The notes: generated by a model not told the origin, from the letters alone. Positions 17,723 through 27,312 are shown, numbered from the stretch's first letter. The stretch: DNA of 58,847 nucleotides from a virus (IMGVR_UViG_3300044796_000233:1-58847); one strand, 5' to 3'. Program-made: numbers and translations.

Positions 17723-18348
17723 CTGTAACCTTTATGTTGCTTAGCTTTAGTTCTTCTGTTTACCAACGGCTCTACGCACTCTGGATTGAATCCGTCACGT
17801 CTAACTGCATTTATATTTTCGTATTCTATGGTATTCCCAGTAATTATACATGTCCCTCGAACAGGTTTACCATATTTTCCTACGATGTAAGGACGGGATA
17901 CGCCTTTCCTTACTTCACTCATAGATTTTCTATGCTCCGGTGACTTTGGCTTACTTAAAGCCGCAGACATCCGTCTTCTTGTTTCCGCGCTAACTGCGGG
18001 ACGCCGCCGTTGCGCTTGAGACATTTTTTTACGAGTTTCTTCGCTATGTACAACTCCTGGTTTTGCGGATTCGCTTAAGTTATATCCATGAGGCATTTTA
18101 CAATTATAGAAGATCATAAAATAATCCTCTAAAACAGTAGCTGTCTCTTCTGTTGTTGCAGTGGCCAACACAATAACAGAAAAAGATTCTCTTCCATATT
18201 TAGCTACCGCTAACTGTAACGCACTTTTTGATGTGGGCCAATGAGCCAAATGCTCTTCTATTCTTCTCTCTAATCTTGTCGTCTGGCCCACATAATGCTT
18301 ATTGTTTACAGTATTTTTTATAAGGTATATGTAAAACTTACTGCCCAT
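17707..18348 (-). CDS. GIY-YIG homing endonuclease with NUMOD3 repeats
   Basis: YIY..KN...HYVGQT...R..EH, GYNL, HSEETRKKMS repeats. Confidence 0.92.
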   Translation of the reverse strand: MGSKFYIYLIKNTVNNKHYVGQTTRLERRIEEHLAHWPTSKSALQLAVAKYGRESFSVIVLATATTEETATVLEDYFMIFYNCKMPHGYNLSESAKPGVVHSEETRKKMSQAQRRRPAVSAETRRRMSAALSKPKSPEHRKSMSEVRKGVSRPYIVGKYGKPVRGTCIITGNTIEYENINAVRRDGFNPECVEPLVNRRTKAKQHKGYRWEKI

Positions 18349-18354
18349 GTATAC

Positions 18355-18383
18355 ATAGTGCCTATCTTTGAAGTAGTTGTCAA
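18355..18383 (-). promoter_or_regulatory. Sigma70-like promoter TTGACA-N17-CACTAT, leaderless start
   Basis: ATG of the GIY-YIG gene follows 6 nt after the -10 box. Confidence 0.6.
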
Positions 18384-18385
18384 CT

Positions 18386-19177
18386 CTAACGACTTGTTGA
18401 AACTCTTAGAGATTTCTTCTTTTCTTTACTGAACAGATTTTGTTTAGAGCGCGTTTCCGCCCCGCAAGCCATACACCGGTATTTCTGAAATTTACCGGAG
18501 GCAGTGTAGTAGAAACCTCGTCGTTGGAAATGTTTACCGCCGCACTTACAGGTCGTAACCTCTCCGTCGTCGTAAAGATCAAAGTTCAGCGACGTATCCC
18601 ATGCCTGTAGTTTGGTGTAAAGCTCTTCCAAAGCCAGTACGTCATGTTTGTTGTACTGCTCCATCTCTTGCCATGCTTTTTTATTGCCGGCTAAGCATTC
18701 TTTCCATAAATCAAATCCTTGAAACTGTTTCGTCTTTAGCTTTTTGTACTTAGTGCATAGCTTGTTGCTCATGTACTCAAGCTTATTTGAAGTGAAAGCA
18801 AAATATTTTTTTGCCAGTACCAGGGTGTCAATTTTCTTGTAGCTCGAAGGGGGTTGCATGCCGGACAGTACAAAACGAGCATTAAGTTTTTTAGTGTCGA
18901 ATTGATTACCATTTTGCGTCAGAACAATATCAGCTTCGTCGAGTAGCTTCCAGATCCACTTCAGCAGATCTGTGTCGTCATGAACATCCTTAGCGTTCCT
19001 TTGGTCTTTGTACATAACCTTCGACGCGGGATCTCCTAGCCATTTTGCCGCGACGCTAAGGACATTCCAATCAGTTTGGATTTGATTTAGCGCGACATTC
19101 TGGTCCCAAAGCCCCCATGTGTAGGAGATAATAGGACTAGTTTCGATATCCACGACAAGAACCTTAGGTTTACTCAT
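18386..19177 (-). CDS. RNase H-like (DnaQ-fold) exonuclease with C-terminal zinc ribbon
   Basis: DIET, QNGNQFD, IDTL, YNKHDV; CKC...CMAC. Confidence 0.85.
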   Translation of the reverse strand: MSKPKVLVVDIETSPIISYTWGLWDQNVALNQIQTDWNVLSVAAKWLGDPASKVMYKDQRNAKDVHDDTDLLKWIWKLLDEADIVLTQNGNQFDTKKLNARFVLSGMQPPSSYKKIDTLVLAKKYFAFTSNKLEYMSNKLCTKYKKLKTKQFQGFDLWKECLAGNKKAWQEMEQYNKHDVLALEELYTKLQAWDTSLNFDLYDDGEVTTCKCGGKHFQRRGFYYTASGKFQKYRCMACGAETRSKQNLFSKEKKKSLRVSTSR

Positions 19178-19179
19178 AT

Positions 19180-19413
19180 TTACTCCTTCGGCTTCGTGGC
19201 ATCCGCTATAGTGCGCATCACATACGATTCAATCTCCTTGGAACGCTTATCCAGTGCGTCCAACTTGAACCGCACCATGTTCTCGATCTGGCGCCAGCTT
19301 TCGGCATTGCGCTTATTCAGCTCGGCCACGATAGCTTTCACCGCCTCGTCGGTGAGGACTTCTGGGACTAACTGGCGGACTGCGCCGCGGAGGGCTTTTG
19401 CGTCTTTACTCAT
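19180..19413 (-). CDS. Hypothetical protein
   Basis: 77-aa coupled ORF. Confidence 0.65.
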   Translation of the reverse strand: MSKDAKALRGAVRQLVPEVLTDEAVKAIVAELNKRNAESWRQIENMVRFKLDALDKRSKEIESYVMRTIADATKPKE

Positions 19414-19826
19414 TTCTTACTCCTTTTGTGTCTGCGTCTTTCTGCGTTCTCGATCGCAGATTTTTTAGAATGACAAGGCTTACAGATTCGTTGAAGATTG
19501 CTTTCTTCACAAAACACCCTGTCGTCAAAGTACTTATCAAAACCTAGTTCATCTAGATCAGCGTCTGTTTCATGGACTCTTTGCACCGGCTCAATGTGAT
19601 CGCAGGTCATTTCCCACTTCGGTGCAGGTTTTAGACACACCGTGCAGATCTGCCACATTCGTACTTTAGGCCTTGCAGGATCGTAATGCTGTACTAACTC
19701 CCCGGCCATGGCTTTTTTCCTTAGCTCCGAACGACTGAATATACGTCGCCCTGCTTGACGAATAAGCTTTCTCTCCTCCGGTGTAATTCGCTTATTCAAG
19801 CTCCAACCTCGACACGTCGTTCTCAA
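19410..19826 (-). CDS. HNH endonuclease
   Basis: CTVC...CDHIEPV...NLQRICKPCHSKKS. Confidence 0.88.
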   Translation of the reverse strand: MRTTCRGWSLNKRITPEERKLIRQAGRRIFSRSELRKKAMAGELVQHYDPARPKVRMWQICTVCLKPAPKWEMTCDHIEPVQRVHETDADLDELGFDKYFDDRVFCEESNLQRICKPCHSKKSAIENAERRRHKRSKK

Positions 19827-21477
19827 TCGTAGCCTTGTAGCTGCGACTAAAGCAAGCTTTAGCTTCCGTACTATGCTCTACTACAAACACGGTCTCGTGC
19901 TCTAAGGCCAACTTCTCAAACAACCGCACCGCCTTTACTTTAAGTTCTGGATGTAGTCCGTCGGTTGGCTCGTCGAGCAGGAGAACGTTAAAGGTTTGTC
20001 CCAGTTGATTCGTCCTGGATTCCCTGGAAGCAAGCCAGAAGCAGAGACGTAGTAGCTGACGCTGTCCCTTGCTAAGCTGTTTGTAGCTGCAGGGGTAACT
20101 GGACTTAAACACAGAAATCTCAATGTCGTCGTCGGTCGCTTCAAACAATACACGAAGTTCACCATCGAAATACTCCTCTAGGTAGTGGTTAGTGCGCTGC
20201 TCAATTTGTTTCACCGTGGTGGTGAGTAGTGCGCCTCTTAAAGTTGCCGTAAGATCAAAGATCGTATTTAAAGAAGACAACTCCCTCATAAGATCAGCTT
20301 TTCTCTCTTCCTCCGTTTTCAGTTCGATCTCTACAGCGGCGAGATCTTGCTCAGTCGTAGCGAGAGGCTCTTCATACGGATTCTTAGCAGTTCTTTTCTC
20401 CGCCAACTGTGCATAGTAGAAGTTCTCAAGATTATGTGCTTCGGCTAAGGACACCGGGTTGGGTGTCGCCTTCATTTCTCGGATCCATTCTTCTGAAGCC
20501 TCGATCGTTTGTTTTTTATTTTCTAAAGAGAGTGCAGCTTTTTCGTACTGTATAAGTTCGCAGGTAATCCGTTCACTTAAGGCGCCACAGGTGGCACAGG
20601 TAGCTCCGCTTTTTAGCCCTTTTATAAGGGCTTCGTAGTCCGGTGCTTTCTCTACGTCGCTCTTAAGCCTTGCCAAAACACCTATCTCCTTGCTTAGTTT
20701 AACCCGGTGAGATTCGGCCCACGCTTTGTGCTTCGCTTCGACTTCTTTAATTTTTGCTTCTTTTTCTTGTTCGAAGTCTTGCGCTTTTTGTACGATGGTG
20801 CGTATGTCACGTGACACGATGGCTCCCCACGACTCAGATCGTTGTCGTAGTTGTGAGACGGTGTTAACGAGGCTAGTTTTTCGTCCTGCCATTTCTTGTA
20901 GTCGTCCGCCCACTTCGTCATAATCTTTTCTGAGTTCTCGTTTGATGTCCAGACATCTGGATCCCAATCGTTCGGGGAAGGACAGATCCGCCAGTTGTTC
21001 GAAGATTTCTCTTCGTTCTTTGGCTTTAGCCGAGAAGAAAGACGACGTACTGCTGAATTCGTGGTAGTAACAAGCTCCGACAAACCCGTCGCAATCGACT
21101 CCAAGGCGTTCCGAGAGTAATCGCTGAGTGTCGATAAGATCTTTCCCACGGATAGACACGCCATCCACACCGTGGAAAAAAAGATCGTTGTCAGCCTTTC
21201 CACCACGCTGGCGATGAATCCAAAAAAGAACCCCATCGTGTCTTTCAAGCTCGAGTCTTCCAACCGTTGCTCCGTTTGCGTTCGTCCAACTTCGTACGGC
21301 GTCAGCATTAGTGTCCTTTCCGGACTGTCCGTAGAGAGTCCAGTATATTGCATCTAAAACAGTACTTTTACCACTACCAGTCGCCCCGTGAATTAACGTT
21401 AATCCTTGCTTCGTCAAGTCTAATTCCAGTTTCTTATAAGATCCGAAATTCTCTATCGACAAGTGCTTAAGTCTCAA
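19792..21477 (-). CDS. SbcC/Rad50/T4 gp46-like ATPase
   Basis: IENFGSY, Walker A GATGSGKS, zinc hook CATC, signature LSKGQ, LDEP, H-loop VEH. Confidence 0.92.
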   Translation of the reverse strand: MRLKHLSIENFGSYKKLELDLTKQGLTLIHGATGSGKSTVLDAIYWTLYGQSGKDTNADAVRSWTNANGATVGRLELERHDGVLFWIHRQRGGKADNDLFFHGVDGVSIRGKDLIDTQRLLSERLGVDCDGFVGACYYHEFSSTSSFFSAKAKERREIFEQLADLSFPERLGSRCLDIKRELRKDYDEVGGRLQEMAGRKTSLVNTVSQLRQRSESWGAIVSRDIRTIVQKAQDFEQEKEAKIKEVEAKHKAWAESHRVKLSKEIGVLARLKSDVEKAPDYEALIKGLKSGATCATCGALSERITCELIQYEKAALSLENKKQTIEASEEWIREMKATPNPVSLAEAHNLENFYYAQLAEKRTAKNPYEEPLATTEQDLAAVEIELKTEEERKADLMRELSSLNTIFDLTATLRGALLTTTVKQIEQRTNHYLEEYFDGELRVLFEATDDDIEISVFKSSYPCSYKQLSKGQRQLLRLCFWLASRESRTNQLGQTFNVLLLDEPTDGLHPELKVKAVRLFEKLALEHETVFVVEHSTEAKACFSRSYKATIENDVSRLELE

Positions 21478-22465
21478 GGATTTGTCTCCACATCGTCTTT
21501 AGTCGTTGTTTCTCATCTACGGTGTCGCTTAGTTCATCTATAAGCTTGTCTAAGGTTTCGGCGTTAGTCAAGTTTTTTGACACCGGGGTCGTCGTTTCGT
21601 TTTCAGTAGGTAGTAGATCTAGTTTGAAGTCCTCTTTACCGATAATCACTCCTAGCTGTTTTTTAGATATAGTGCTTAGCTCACTTTTACTGCCTGTAAT
21701 CTTAAGCCATAGTAAATCTTCTGGTTTTACGTAGTAAAGAGGATGCTCCATCGCACAAGCTTGGGCGTAGCCTTTGATTTCAGCGCAGGTCATTTCTATA
21801 ACATGGTGACGACGCAGGTTAGTTAGGACACGGTCGTAGCTGCCGTCGTCGTATACGACGAGGAAACCTTTCTCAGGGTCCTTAGCCTCTGCGAAATTAA
21901 TCGTATACGGTGACCCTATACTCACCGTGGTGCCTAGTTCGTAGAACGAGTGGTAGTGGGATAAGAAAACCTTGTAGTTGCTAGCGAGTTTGTAATCGAA
22001 GGCAGACTTGTCCTGTACATATTCGCCCATATTGCCCCCCAGAGTACCTTGATGCCCTATGACCACCGAGCCTTTAGGGAATTTATTTAACGCTGTCAAA
22101 AAGTTCTCAGTATTGTTTTGATAAGGAATGATGTTTAGTCCTTGAGTGGTAGTAGGACTACTAACAACTGTGGCGTAGGGTCTCAGAAAGTTTAGAGAGC
22201 TCTCCTTACTTTCAGAATTCAACAAATCGTGGTTGCCGGTGTTGATAATTACTTCTACTGGGGTACTCTCAAGCAGCTCTATGAGGCGATTGGCAATCTC
22301 AGCACGTATGACGGCCTTGGTGTCTAAAGTGTCCCCATTCATCAGAAAAGGAACTCCTAGACTCCTGGCCTTGGATAATCCCTGACTCACTGTATCTGAG
22401 GCTAGTTCAATACTATTCAAGGTAAAATGTATATCTCCAGCAACTATGCAGATAGGTTTAGGCAT
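21467..22465 (-). CDS. SbcD/Mre11/T4 gp47-like metallophosphoesterase nuclease
   Basis: GDIH, GDTLD, GNHD, SHYH, GSP motifs; adjacent to the SbcC-like gene. Confidence 0.9.
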   Translation of the reverse strand: MPKPICIVAGDIHFTLNSIELASDTVSQGLSKARSLGVPFLMNGDTLDTKAVIRAEIANRLIELLESTPVEVIINTGNHDLLNSESKESSLNFLRPYATVVSSPTTTQGLNIIPYQNNTENFLTALNKFPKGSVVIGHQGTLGGNMGEYVQDKSAFDYKLASNYKVFLSHYHSFYELGTTVSIGSPYTINFAEAKDPEKGFLVVYDDGSYDRVLTNLRRHHVIEMTCAEIKGYAQACAMEHPLYYVKPEDLLWLKITGSKSELSTISKKQLGVIIGKEDFKLDLLPTENETTTPVSKNLTNAETLDKLIDELSDTVDEKQRLKTMWRQILET

Positions 22466-22929
22466 GCAAATTCTCCAAAATAATACTTCGCTGCTATGTC
22501 ATATGCGCGTGCAGCATCTATTTCTTTTTCAAAGGAACCTAGATATATGCCCTTACCGTTAACGTGAATTCTTGACAGCCATTTTTTACCTCCTGTCGCT
22601 TTGTGCACACCTTTAAATTTGGAAGTAGCTCCTTTTATGCGATCTTTAGGTCTGTTGGCAGCGTTCCCTTTCTTGTTCGTAAGACGTAAGTTCTCTCGTC
22701 TGTTATCAAGAGAATTGCCGTTGATGTGATCCACTGATAAGTGTTTTGGAGGAGATAAAAGGAATCTATGCATAGTCACCTGAGTTCCTCCTACTGATGC
22801 TTTAGCGTATATTTTCTGGCATCTGTCTTTATCTTTGTACTGCTGAACGCACCAGCAGTGCTTGGACACCTTCTCATAATCAGAAGCGTCAATCAAAGCA
22901 AAATAACCTTGAGTAAGTTCTATTTTCAT
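22444..22929 (-). CDS. HNH-AP2 homing endonuclease
   Basis: MHR...VDHINGNSLDNRRENLR; TSKFKGV...YLGSF...AARAYD AP2 domain. Confidence 0.93.
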   Translation of the reverse strand: MKIELTQGYFALIDASDYEKVSKHCWCVQQYKDKDRCQKIYAKASVGGTQVTMHRFLLSPPKHLSVDHINGNSLDNRRENLRLTNKKGNAANRPKDRIKGATSKFKGVHKATGGKKWLSRIHVNGKGIYLGSFEKEIDAARAYDIAAKYYFGEFACLNLSA

Positions 22930-23834
22930 TCCTCGTCGTCCTCTGAAAGTTCTCCCTCAGCAAGAAGCTTTGCGCCGTCAGCGGTGATCTGAAAATCGAG
23001 TTGATGAATAGAGGTGCTGCTTTGACTAAGATGATTTTTGGTCACCGTGGCGCGCGTAATGATGCCGTACTTCATCGTCTCACCTTTGATAACCCTGGTG
23101 AGTTTTTTAATTTGCTTTAGCATCACGATTAAAGAGCTGTGGTATTCGATCTTAGTACCTCCCGCCGCAGCGTCGCCCTTCTGCATAAATCCAATTTTGG
23201 CGTAAGTTTGGTTGGCAAGGTACACCGCGATGGAGTCCGGATAGAGATTAATAAGCGCTACCAGCGTCTTCATGACACTTCCGTTTTCCTTTGCATCCTG
23301 TCCTGGTTGTGCGTGCTTTTCGTCGTCCAGCACGCGTTCGGCGTGGGAGCGACTTTGCGAGCCGCCAACGCTGTCCCATATACAAAAAATCTTAGCGTTC
23401 TTGTCTTGTTCCTTCACCGCAGTGATGTATCGGCGCATGAGTTCTCCTCCTTTGAGAATCTCATTTGTTTTGATTAAGAGGATGTCTTTAGGACTACCCC
23501 CCATAGTCGTAAATCGCTGAGCATCAAACTTATCTTCTGAATCCCACAGAATCACTACGGCGCCACTTTGCTGAGCTGCCACCATGGCTTGGGCTGCCAG
23601 GGTACTTTTACCTGAGTCGGGCTTACCAGCAGCCTGGATTATTTTATTGAAAGGGATGCCATGCAGACCCAACAGCTTGGTGAGAGGGTGCGACACCGGG
23701 AGTGGTATGACGTCCTTCTCGGTGTAGGACACTTTGACTGAGTCGCCGGTGGTGATGATAGAGCTCACACGCTTTTCCCTGGCGTAGAGCTTACGCATAT
23801 CAGCGACAATCTTATCAAGATTAATTTTAGCCAT
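22926..23834 (-). CDS. recA: RecA/UvsX-like recombinase
   Basis: GKPDSGKST, DSE, WDSV, NQ, GG..IEYHSS, KN. Confidence 0.85.
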   Translation of the reverse strand: MAKINLDKIVADMRKLYAREKRVSSIITTGDSVKVSYTEKDVIPLPVSHPLTKLLGLHGIPFNKIIQAAGKPDSGKSTLAAQAMVAAQQSGAVVILWDSEDKFDAQRFTTMGGSPKDILLIKTNEILKGGELMRRYITAVKEQDKNAKIFCIWDSVGGSQSRSHAERVLDDEKHAQPGQDAKENGSVMKTLVALINLYPDSIAVYLANQTYAKIGFMQKGDAAAGGTKIEYHSSLIVMLKQIKKLTRVIKGETMKYGIITRATVTKNHLSQSSTSIHQLDFQITADGAKLLAEGELSEDDEE

Positions 23835-24250
23835 TATGCGGCTTTCTTAAGATAGGAAGAAAATTTTTCGGACATGGCTTCAAACCATCCGAGATTGGTG
23901 TTGCAGCGGAAGCATAGTAACCCTCTAACATAACCTGTTTTATGACAGTGATCTACAGCTAAAACGCACGGCTTTCCTTGTTGCGGATCAATTTTTACTT
24001 CTGGATTCCCACAAATAGCACATAAACCACTCTGTCTATCATGCAGTTCATTGTAAAGTTTATAAGCTTCTTCTACAGATAAATGAGGAAAGTATTTTCT
24101 CCTCAATCTTTGCTTCCTACTTTTTAACTTAAATTCTTCTTTAGAATACAGATATTTTTCTTTCTGTTTTCTAAGTACTGTCTCCTTATTTTTCTTGTAG
24201 TACTCCTTGCGATATAGCTTATCGTAATTTTTCTTGTCTTGCTTATCCAT
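23834..24250 (-). CDS. Endonuclease VII-family homing endonuclease
   Basis: QSGLCAIC...LAVDHCHKTGYVRGLLCFRCNTNLG. Confidence 0.92.
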   Translation of the reverse strand: MDKQDKKNYDKLYRKEYYKKNKETVLRKQKEKYLYSKEEFKLKSRKQRLRRKYFPHLSVEEAYKLYNELHDRQSGLCAICGNPEVKIDPQQGKPCVLAVDHCHKTGYVRGLLCFRCNTNLGWFEAMSEKFSSYLKKAA

Positions 24251-24638
24251 TATAACTACCTGATTTGCTTATACCTCTGAACCATAAATGAGCTTCATTA
24301 CAGATATCGTACTGTCTTTGTAACTCTTCTCTAATCACTTCTGCGTCGTCGTATGATGCCTCCTCCCCTCCCACTAACTCGCTTGTATTTACTAGGTCCT
24401 CAAGCTGGCCCTCTGTCGGACGCTTGTCTGATTTACTGACCGCATCTATACGTAAGGCTGATCTTATCGCTTTCACGCCACGCTTACGGAACCTACGATC
24501 TTTATCCGCTTTCGCAAGCTCCACTGAGATGGCATTCATGATGTAGAGACATTTTCCCGCCAGTAGTTCCGCCCTGTCAATTCGAACTCCGGATTCAGCT
24601 GCCTCTTGGATGTCTTTAATTAATTCCTCGTACGTCAT
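24243..24638 (-). CDS. Helical protein, possibly UvsY-like recombination mediator
   Basis: 131-aa coiled coil upstream of the RecA-like gene; function inferred from size and position only. Confidence 0.45.
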   Translation of the reverse strand: MTYEELIKDIQEAAESGVRIDRAELLAGKCLYIMNAISVELAKADKDRRFRKRGVKAIRSALRIDAVSKSDKRPTEGQLEDLVNTSELVGGEEASYDDAEVIREELQRQYDICNEAHLWFRGISKSGSYNG

Positions 24639-24925
24639 AGTTTCACCGGTCTGAAAAATTTAACGTTGTCTCCTGAATGGAACAAGTGCAGCAGCAGATA
24701 TAGGTACTGCGCTTGGGAGTAGTCCAAAGTAATTTTGTCCTCATGGATTGTTAAAACGCCAGTTACATCGAGACCATCCCCGGTGTCTACTAAGGTGGCG
24801 GCAACTTTACCTTGCGTTTGTTCAGTCCATTCGGAACCTTCGTAGTACAAAACGCTCTTGTCCTCTACTTTGACAAGTTTGAAATCAACACGTCCGTTCG
24901 ATTCGATCAGATAGGTCTTTTTCAT
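24635..24925 (-). CDS. Hypothetical protein
   Basis: 96-aa coupled ORF. Confidence 0.65.
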   Translation of the reverse strand: MKKTYLIESNGRVDFKLVKVEDKSVLYYEGSEWTEQTQGKVAATLVDTGDGLDVTGVLTIHEDKITLDYSQAQYLYLLLHLFHSGDNVKFFRPVKL

Positions 24926-25197
24926 TTACCTTTTTCCTCGAGCAGTTGGCAAATATAAGAAGTTTTCAGACGGATAGCTTTTTTCGCTTCAACATACGGA
25001 GCATTAAGATCACGCGCCGTAGCACGTGCAGCTTGTAGTCCTTCGTCCTCATCCTTGGTCTTTTCTACCTCCTCAAGGCCCTTAGCTAGCTGTACGATGC
25101 GAGCTTCTAGAGCAGTTGCGTCCAGAGACGCTACCTCATCAAAAAACTCAGGCATTTCTTTTTGGATCCGAACCGCAAGTGACTTCTTTTCTTTCAT
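24922..25197 (-). CDS. Hypothetical coiled-coil protein
   Basis: 91-aa ORF with GGAG RBS. Confidence 0.7.
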   Translation of the reverse strand: MKEKKSLAVRIQKEMPEFFDEVASLDATALEARIVQLAKGLEEVEKTKDEDEGLQAARATARDLNAPYVEAKKAIRLKTSYICQLLEEKGK

Positions 25198-25206
25198 ATA
25201 GGCTCC

Positions 25207-25686
25207 TTAGAATTGTAGACCGACACTAGCTCCGTATGTCCCGGAACTGAGACCAAATACACCGATGGTGATTGGACCGAGGACCGCCTTGGTGACTGCG
25301 CCACCGTAAACAACAGTGGCGGGACCTAGACCGTTAGTAAGATTTACACCGGAGAGGACGGAAACGGTCAAGGGTTGATTGCTTTTCGTTACTTCTTTAC
25401 TTTTGTCTGTTGTCTTACTCACGGTATCAGTGTCCATGGAATCGACATGCTTGTCAACATCCGTCGTAGTCGTAGTGGTGACTGTTTTTGAACCGTCAGG
25501 CTTTGTTTTCTCGACCTTCACCGTCTTGCGGTGAGCTTCGGTGTCAGCCTGAGTGGTATCGGTCTTTTTTTCTACCTCCACGGTTTTAATTTCAGTTTTG
25601 ATCTTGTATGGCGCTGCGTAGTAGCCGGTAGCGAACGCTGCGGCGATTAAGACTACACCTACGGTTACCTTAGTCTTCGTTGTCAT
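25207..25686 (-). CDS. Membrane-anchored protein, spanin-like
   Basis: N-terminal TM helix, Thr/Lys-rich linker, C-terminal beta strands ending in F. Confidence 0.5.
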   Translation of the reverse strand: MTTKTKVTVGVVLIAAAFATGYYAAPYKIKTEIKTVEVEKKTDTTQADTEAHRKTVKVEKTKPDGSKTVTTTTTTDVDKHVDSMDTDTVSKTTDKSKEVTKSNQPLTVSVLSGVNLTNGLGPATVVYGGAVTKAVLGPITIGVFGLSSGTYGASVGLQF

Positions 25687-25873
25687 TTTCTTCCTCAGCC
25701 GACATGCTCAAAAGCTCTATGGCTTGTTCCTTAGTTATTAAAGGGGTTCCGTGGCCGATCACAGTCACACCGTCTTCTCCTAATATCTCGGGACCTAATA
25801 ACAGCTCAGTAATAAGCTGTATTCGTCCGGCTGCTGTACTCAATGTAACTCTCCTTGTAGTTCCGCAAGCCAA
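25670..25873 (-). CDS. Hypothetical protein
   Basis: 67-aa coupled ORF. Confidence 0.5.
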   Translation of the reverse strand: MACGTTRRVTLSTAAGRIQLITELLLGPEILGEDGVTVIGHGTPLITKEQAIELLSMSAEEENDNED

Positions 25874-26034
25874 GATTCCACAGCTTCCTCAGAAGGAAAA
25901 AACTTAACCAGGGCTTGTTTCTTTTTGTAGTCCACCGCGGTGAATACTGCTATCCACTGCCCCTCCACCTGGAACGTGTCTCCTTCAACCGGTAGCTTCA
26001 TCTTGAGACCCTTTTTTGGTTTTGATGTAGTCAC
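25840..26034 (-). CDS. Hypothetical protein (likely start ~26001)
   Basis: Short coupled ORF. Confidence 0.45.
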   Translation of the reverse strand: MTTSKPKKGLKMKLPVEGDTFQVEGQWIAVFTAVDYKKKQALVKFFPSEEAVESWLAELQGELH

Positions 26035-26218
26035 GTAAATGTAGAGCTCCCAACACCGGGGTTAAGAGGGCGGCGACTGTCGCGGCGTCTATGCTACCCA
26101 TAGTCACAACATTAGCGCCTATCTTGATGCTAAGTCCAGCACAAAGTACTTTCAGAAGCACTACTGTCACCGTGGTGACGACTACGTATTCGTTAAGCTT
26201 CATGCTTACAGCCATCAC
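25985..26218 (-). CDS. Small two-TM membrane protein, holin-like (likely start 26203)
   Basis: Two hydrophobic segments and a basic C-terminus. Confidence 0.5.
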   Translation of the reverse strand: MMAVSMKLNEYVVVTTVTVVLLKVLCAGLSIKIGANVVTMGSIDAATVAALLTPVLGALHLRDYIKTKKGSQDEATG

Positions 26219-26366
26219 AACGTCTATCTATTGCATTCCAGTCGATAACACTTTTTTGGCACCTGATACAGATTCTGCGAAGGTGCAGATCCTTGATCGA
26301 CCATAGGTATGGATTTAATGCATCTCTAATTCTACTGGTATCGATAAATAGCATTGTCTGTTTCAT
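26193..26366 (-). CDS. Small zinc-finger protein (57 aa, MKQTMLFIDTSR...CIRC...CDGC), not in ORF track
   Basis: AGGAG RBS, upstream TTGACT-N18-TACAGT promoter, two CxxC. Confidence 0.6.
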   Translation of the reverse strand: MKQTMLFIDTSRIRDALNPYLWSIKDLHLRRICIRCQKSVIDWNAIDRRCDGCKHEA

Positions 26367-26379
26367 AGATTACTGCTCC

Positions 26380-26700
26380 TATTACAGTACTGTAACTAGT
26401 AGTTGTTTCAGAAGTCAAGAGCTATTAGTAACTAGTATTCTAGAATACTGTAACTAGTAACGCTTACCAAAAACCAGTAAACAACCAATCGCATACGGCT
26501 AAATCAATTTACGAGATGCCGAAGGCATCGAAGTAGAATTGATCGGGTTGTTAAGGGCGGAGCCCTTAAATTCCCCATAAACGCTAACGCCCCCAGTAAC
26601 AGATACTAGGTTATTGAAATTACTTGTCAAGTAAAATCGTATAAACACTAAAAATAATTATATTGCGCCCAAAGCCCCGGTGTAGTACTGTTTAATCATG
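26380..26700. promoter_or_regulatory. Divergent control region / candidate replication origin
   Basis: Strand switch; palindromes 26382-26395 and 26434-26449; GTAACTAGTA x3; hairpins 26503-26543 and 26545-26575; promoters on both strands. Confidence 0.55.
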
Positions 26701-27312
26701 AACGGATACAAACAACATTTTTTAGGAGATAATATGCAGTACGTTAAGCTCACCGTAGTAGCCTTGGTTCTTTGTTATCTAGCAGCTGGTTGTGCTAAAA
26801 AGCAGACCACACCCACGGTGTCAGCACCGTGTACTGTGGTTGCCATCACCAACGGCGTTGAAATTGATTGTCCCGGTAGCGCTTCCCAGTACGTTTATAA
26901 CGGAACTCCCGGTGTAGATGGCGCTACTGGCGCTACTGGCGCTACTGGCGCTACTGGCGCTACTGGCGCTACTGGCGCTACTGGCGCTACTGGCGCTACT
27001 GGTCCGCAAGGTGCGCCAGGTTCTGATGCAGAGACGTGCCATATCACCGAGATTTATGGTGGCGTTAACCTTACCTGCGGTACAACATCAGTGATTATTG
27101 CTTCGTTGTCGGTAGTGCAACTATGCCTTGGTACACCGGCTTACCCTAGTGTTTTCGTTGAGGATGCTATTTGTATCAGTAATAGCCTGTTCGCGGTGTA
27201 TTCTACTAACGGAGGTTTCTTGACTTATATTCCACCAGGAGCGTATAGTAGTGAAGGAGTAGGTAGCCGGTGTGATTTCACGGTACTGCCTAACTGTCAG
27301 ATTCAGAACTGA
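26698..27312 (+). CDS. Collagen-like lipoprotein (likely start 26734)
   Basis: AGGAG RBS before MQYVK; lipobox LAAG-C; (GAT)9 collagen run; Cys-rich C-domain. Confidence 0.8.
   Translation: MNGYKQHFLGDNMQYVKLTVVALVLCYLAAGCAKKQTTPTVSAPCTVVAITNGVEIDCPGSASQYVYNGTPGVDGATGATGATGATGATGATGATGATGATGPQGAPGSDAETCHITEIYGGVNLTCGTTSVIIASLSVVQLCLGTPAYPSVFVEDAICISNSLFAVYSTNGGFLTYIPPGAYSSEGVGSRCDFTVLPNCQIQN
26920..27000 (+). repeat. Perfect 9-bp tandem repeat (GGCGCTACT)9
   Basis: Encodes Gly-Ala-Thr x9. Confidence 0.95.

Noticed and set aside
9339-23834. Group I introns or inteins in polA, RNR, helicase or recA
   Set aside because: All are contiguous ORFs of normal or compact size; the endonucleases lie between genes.
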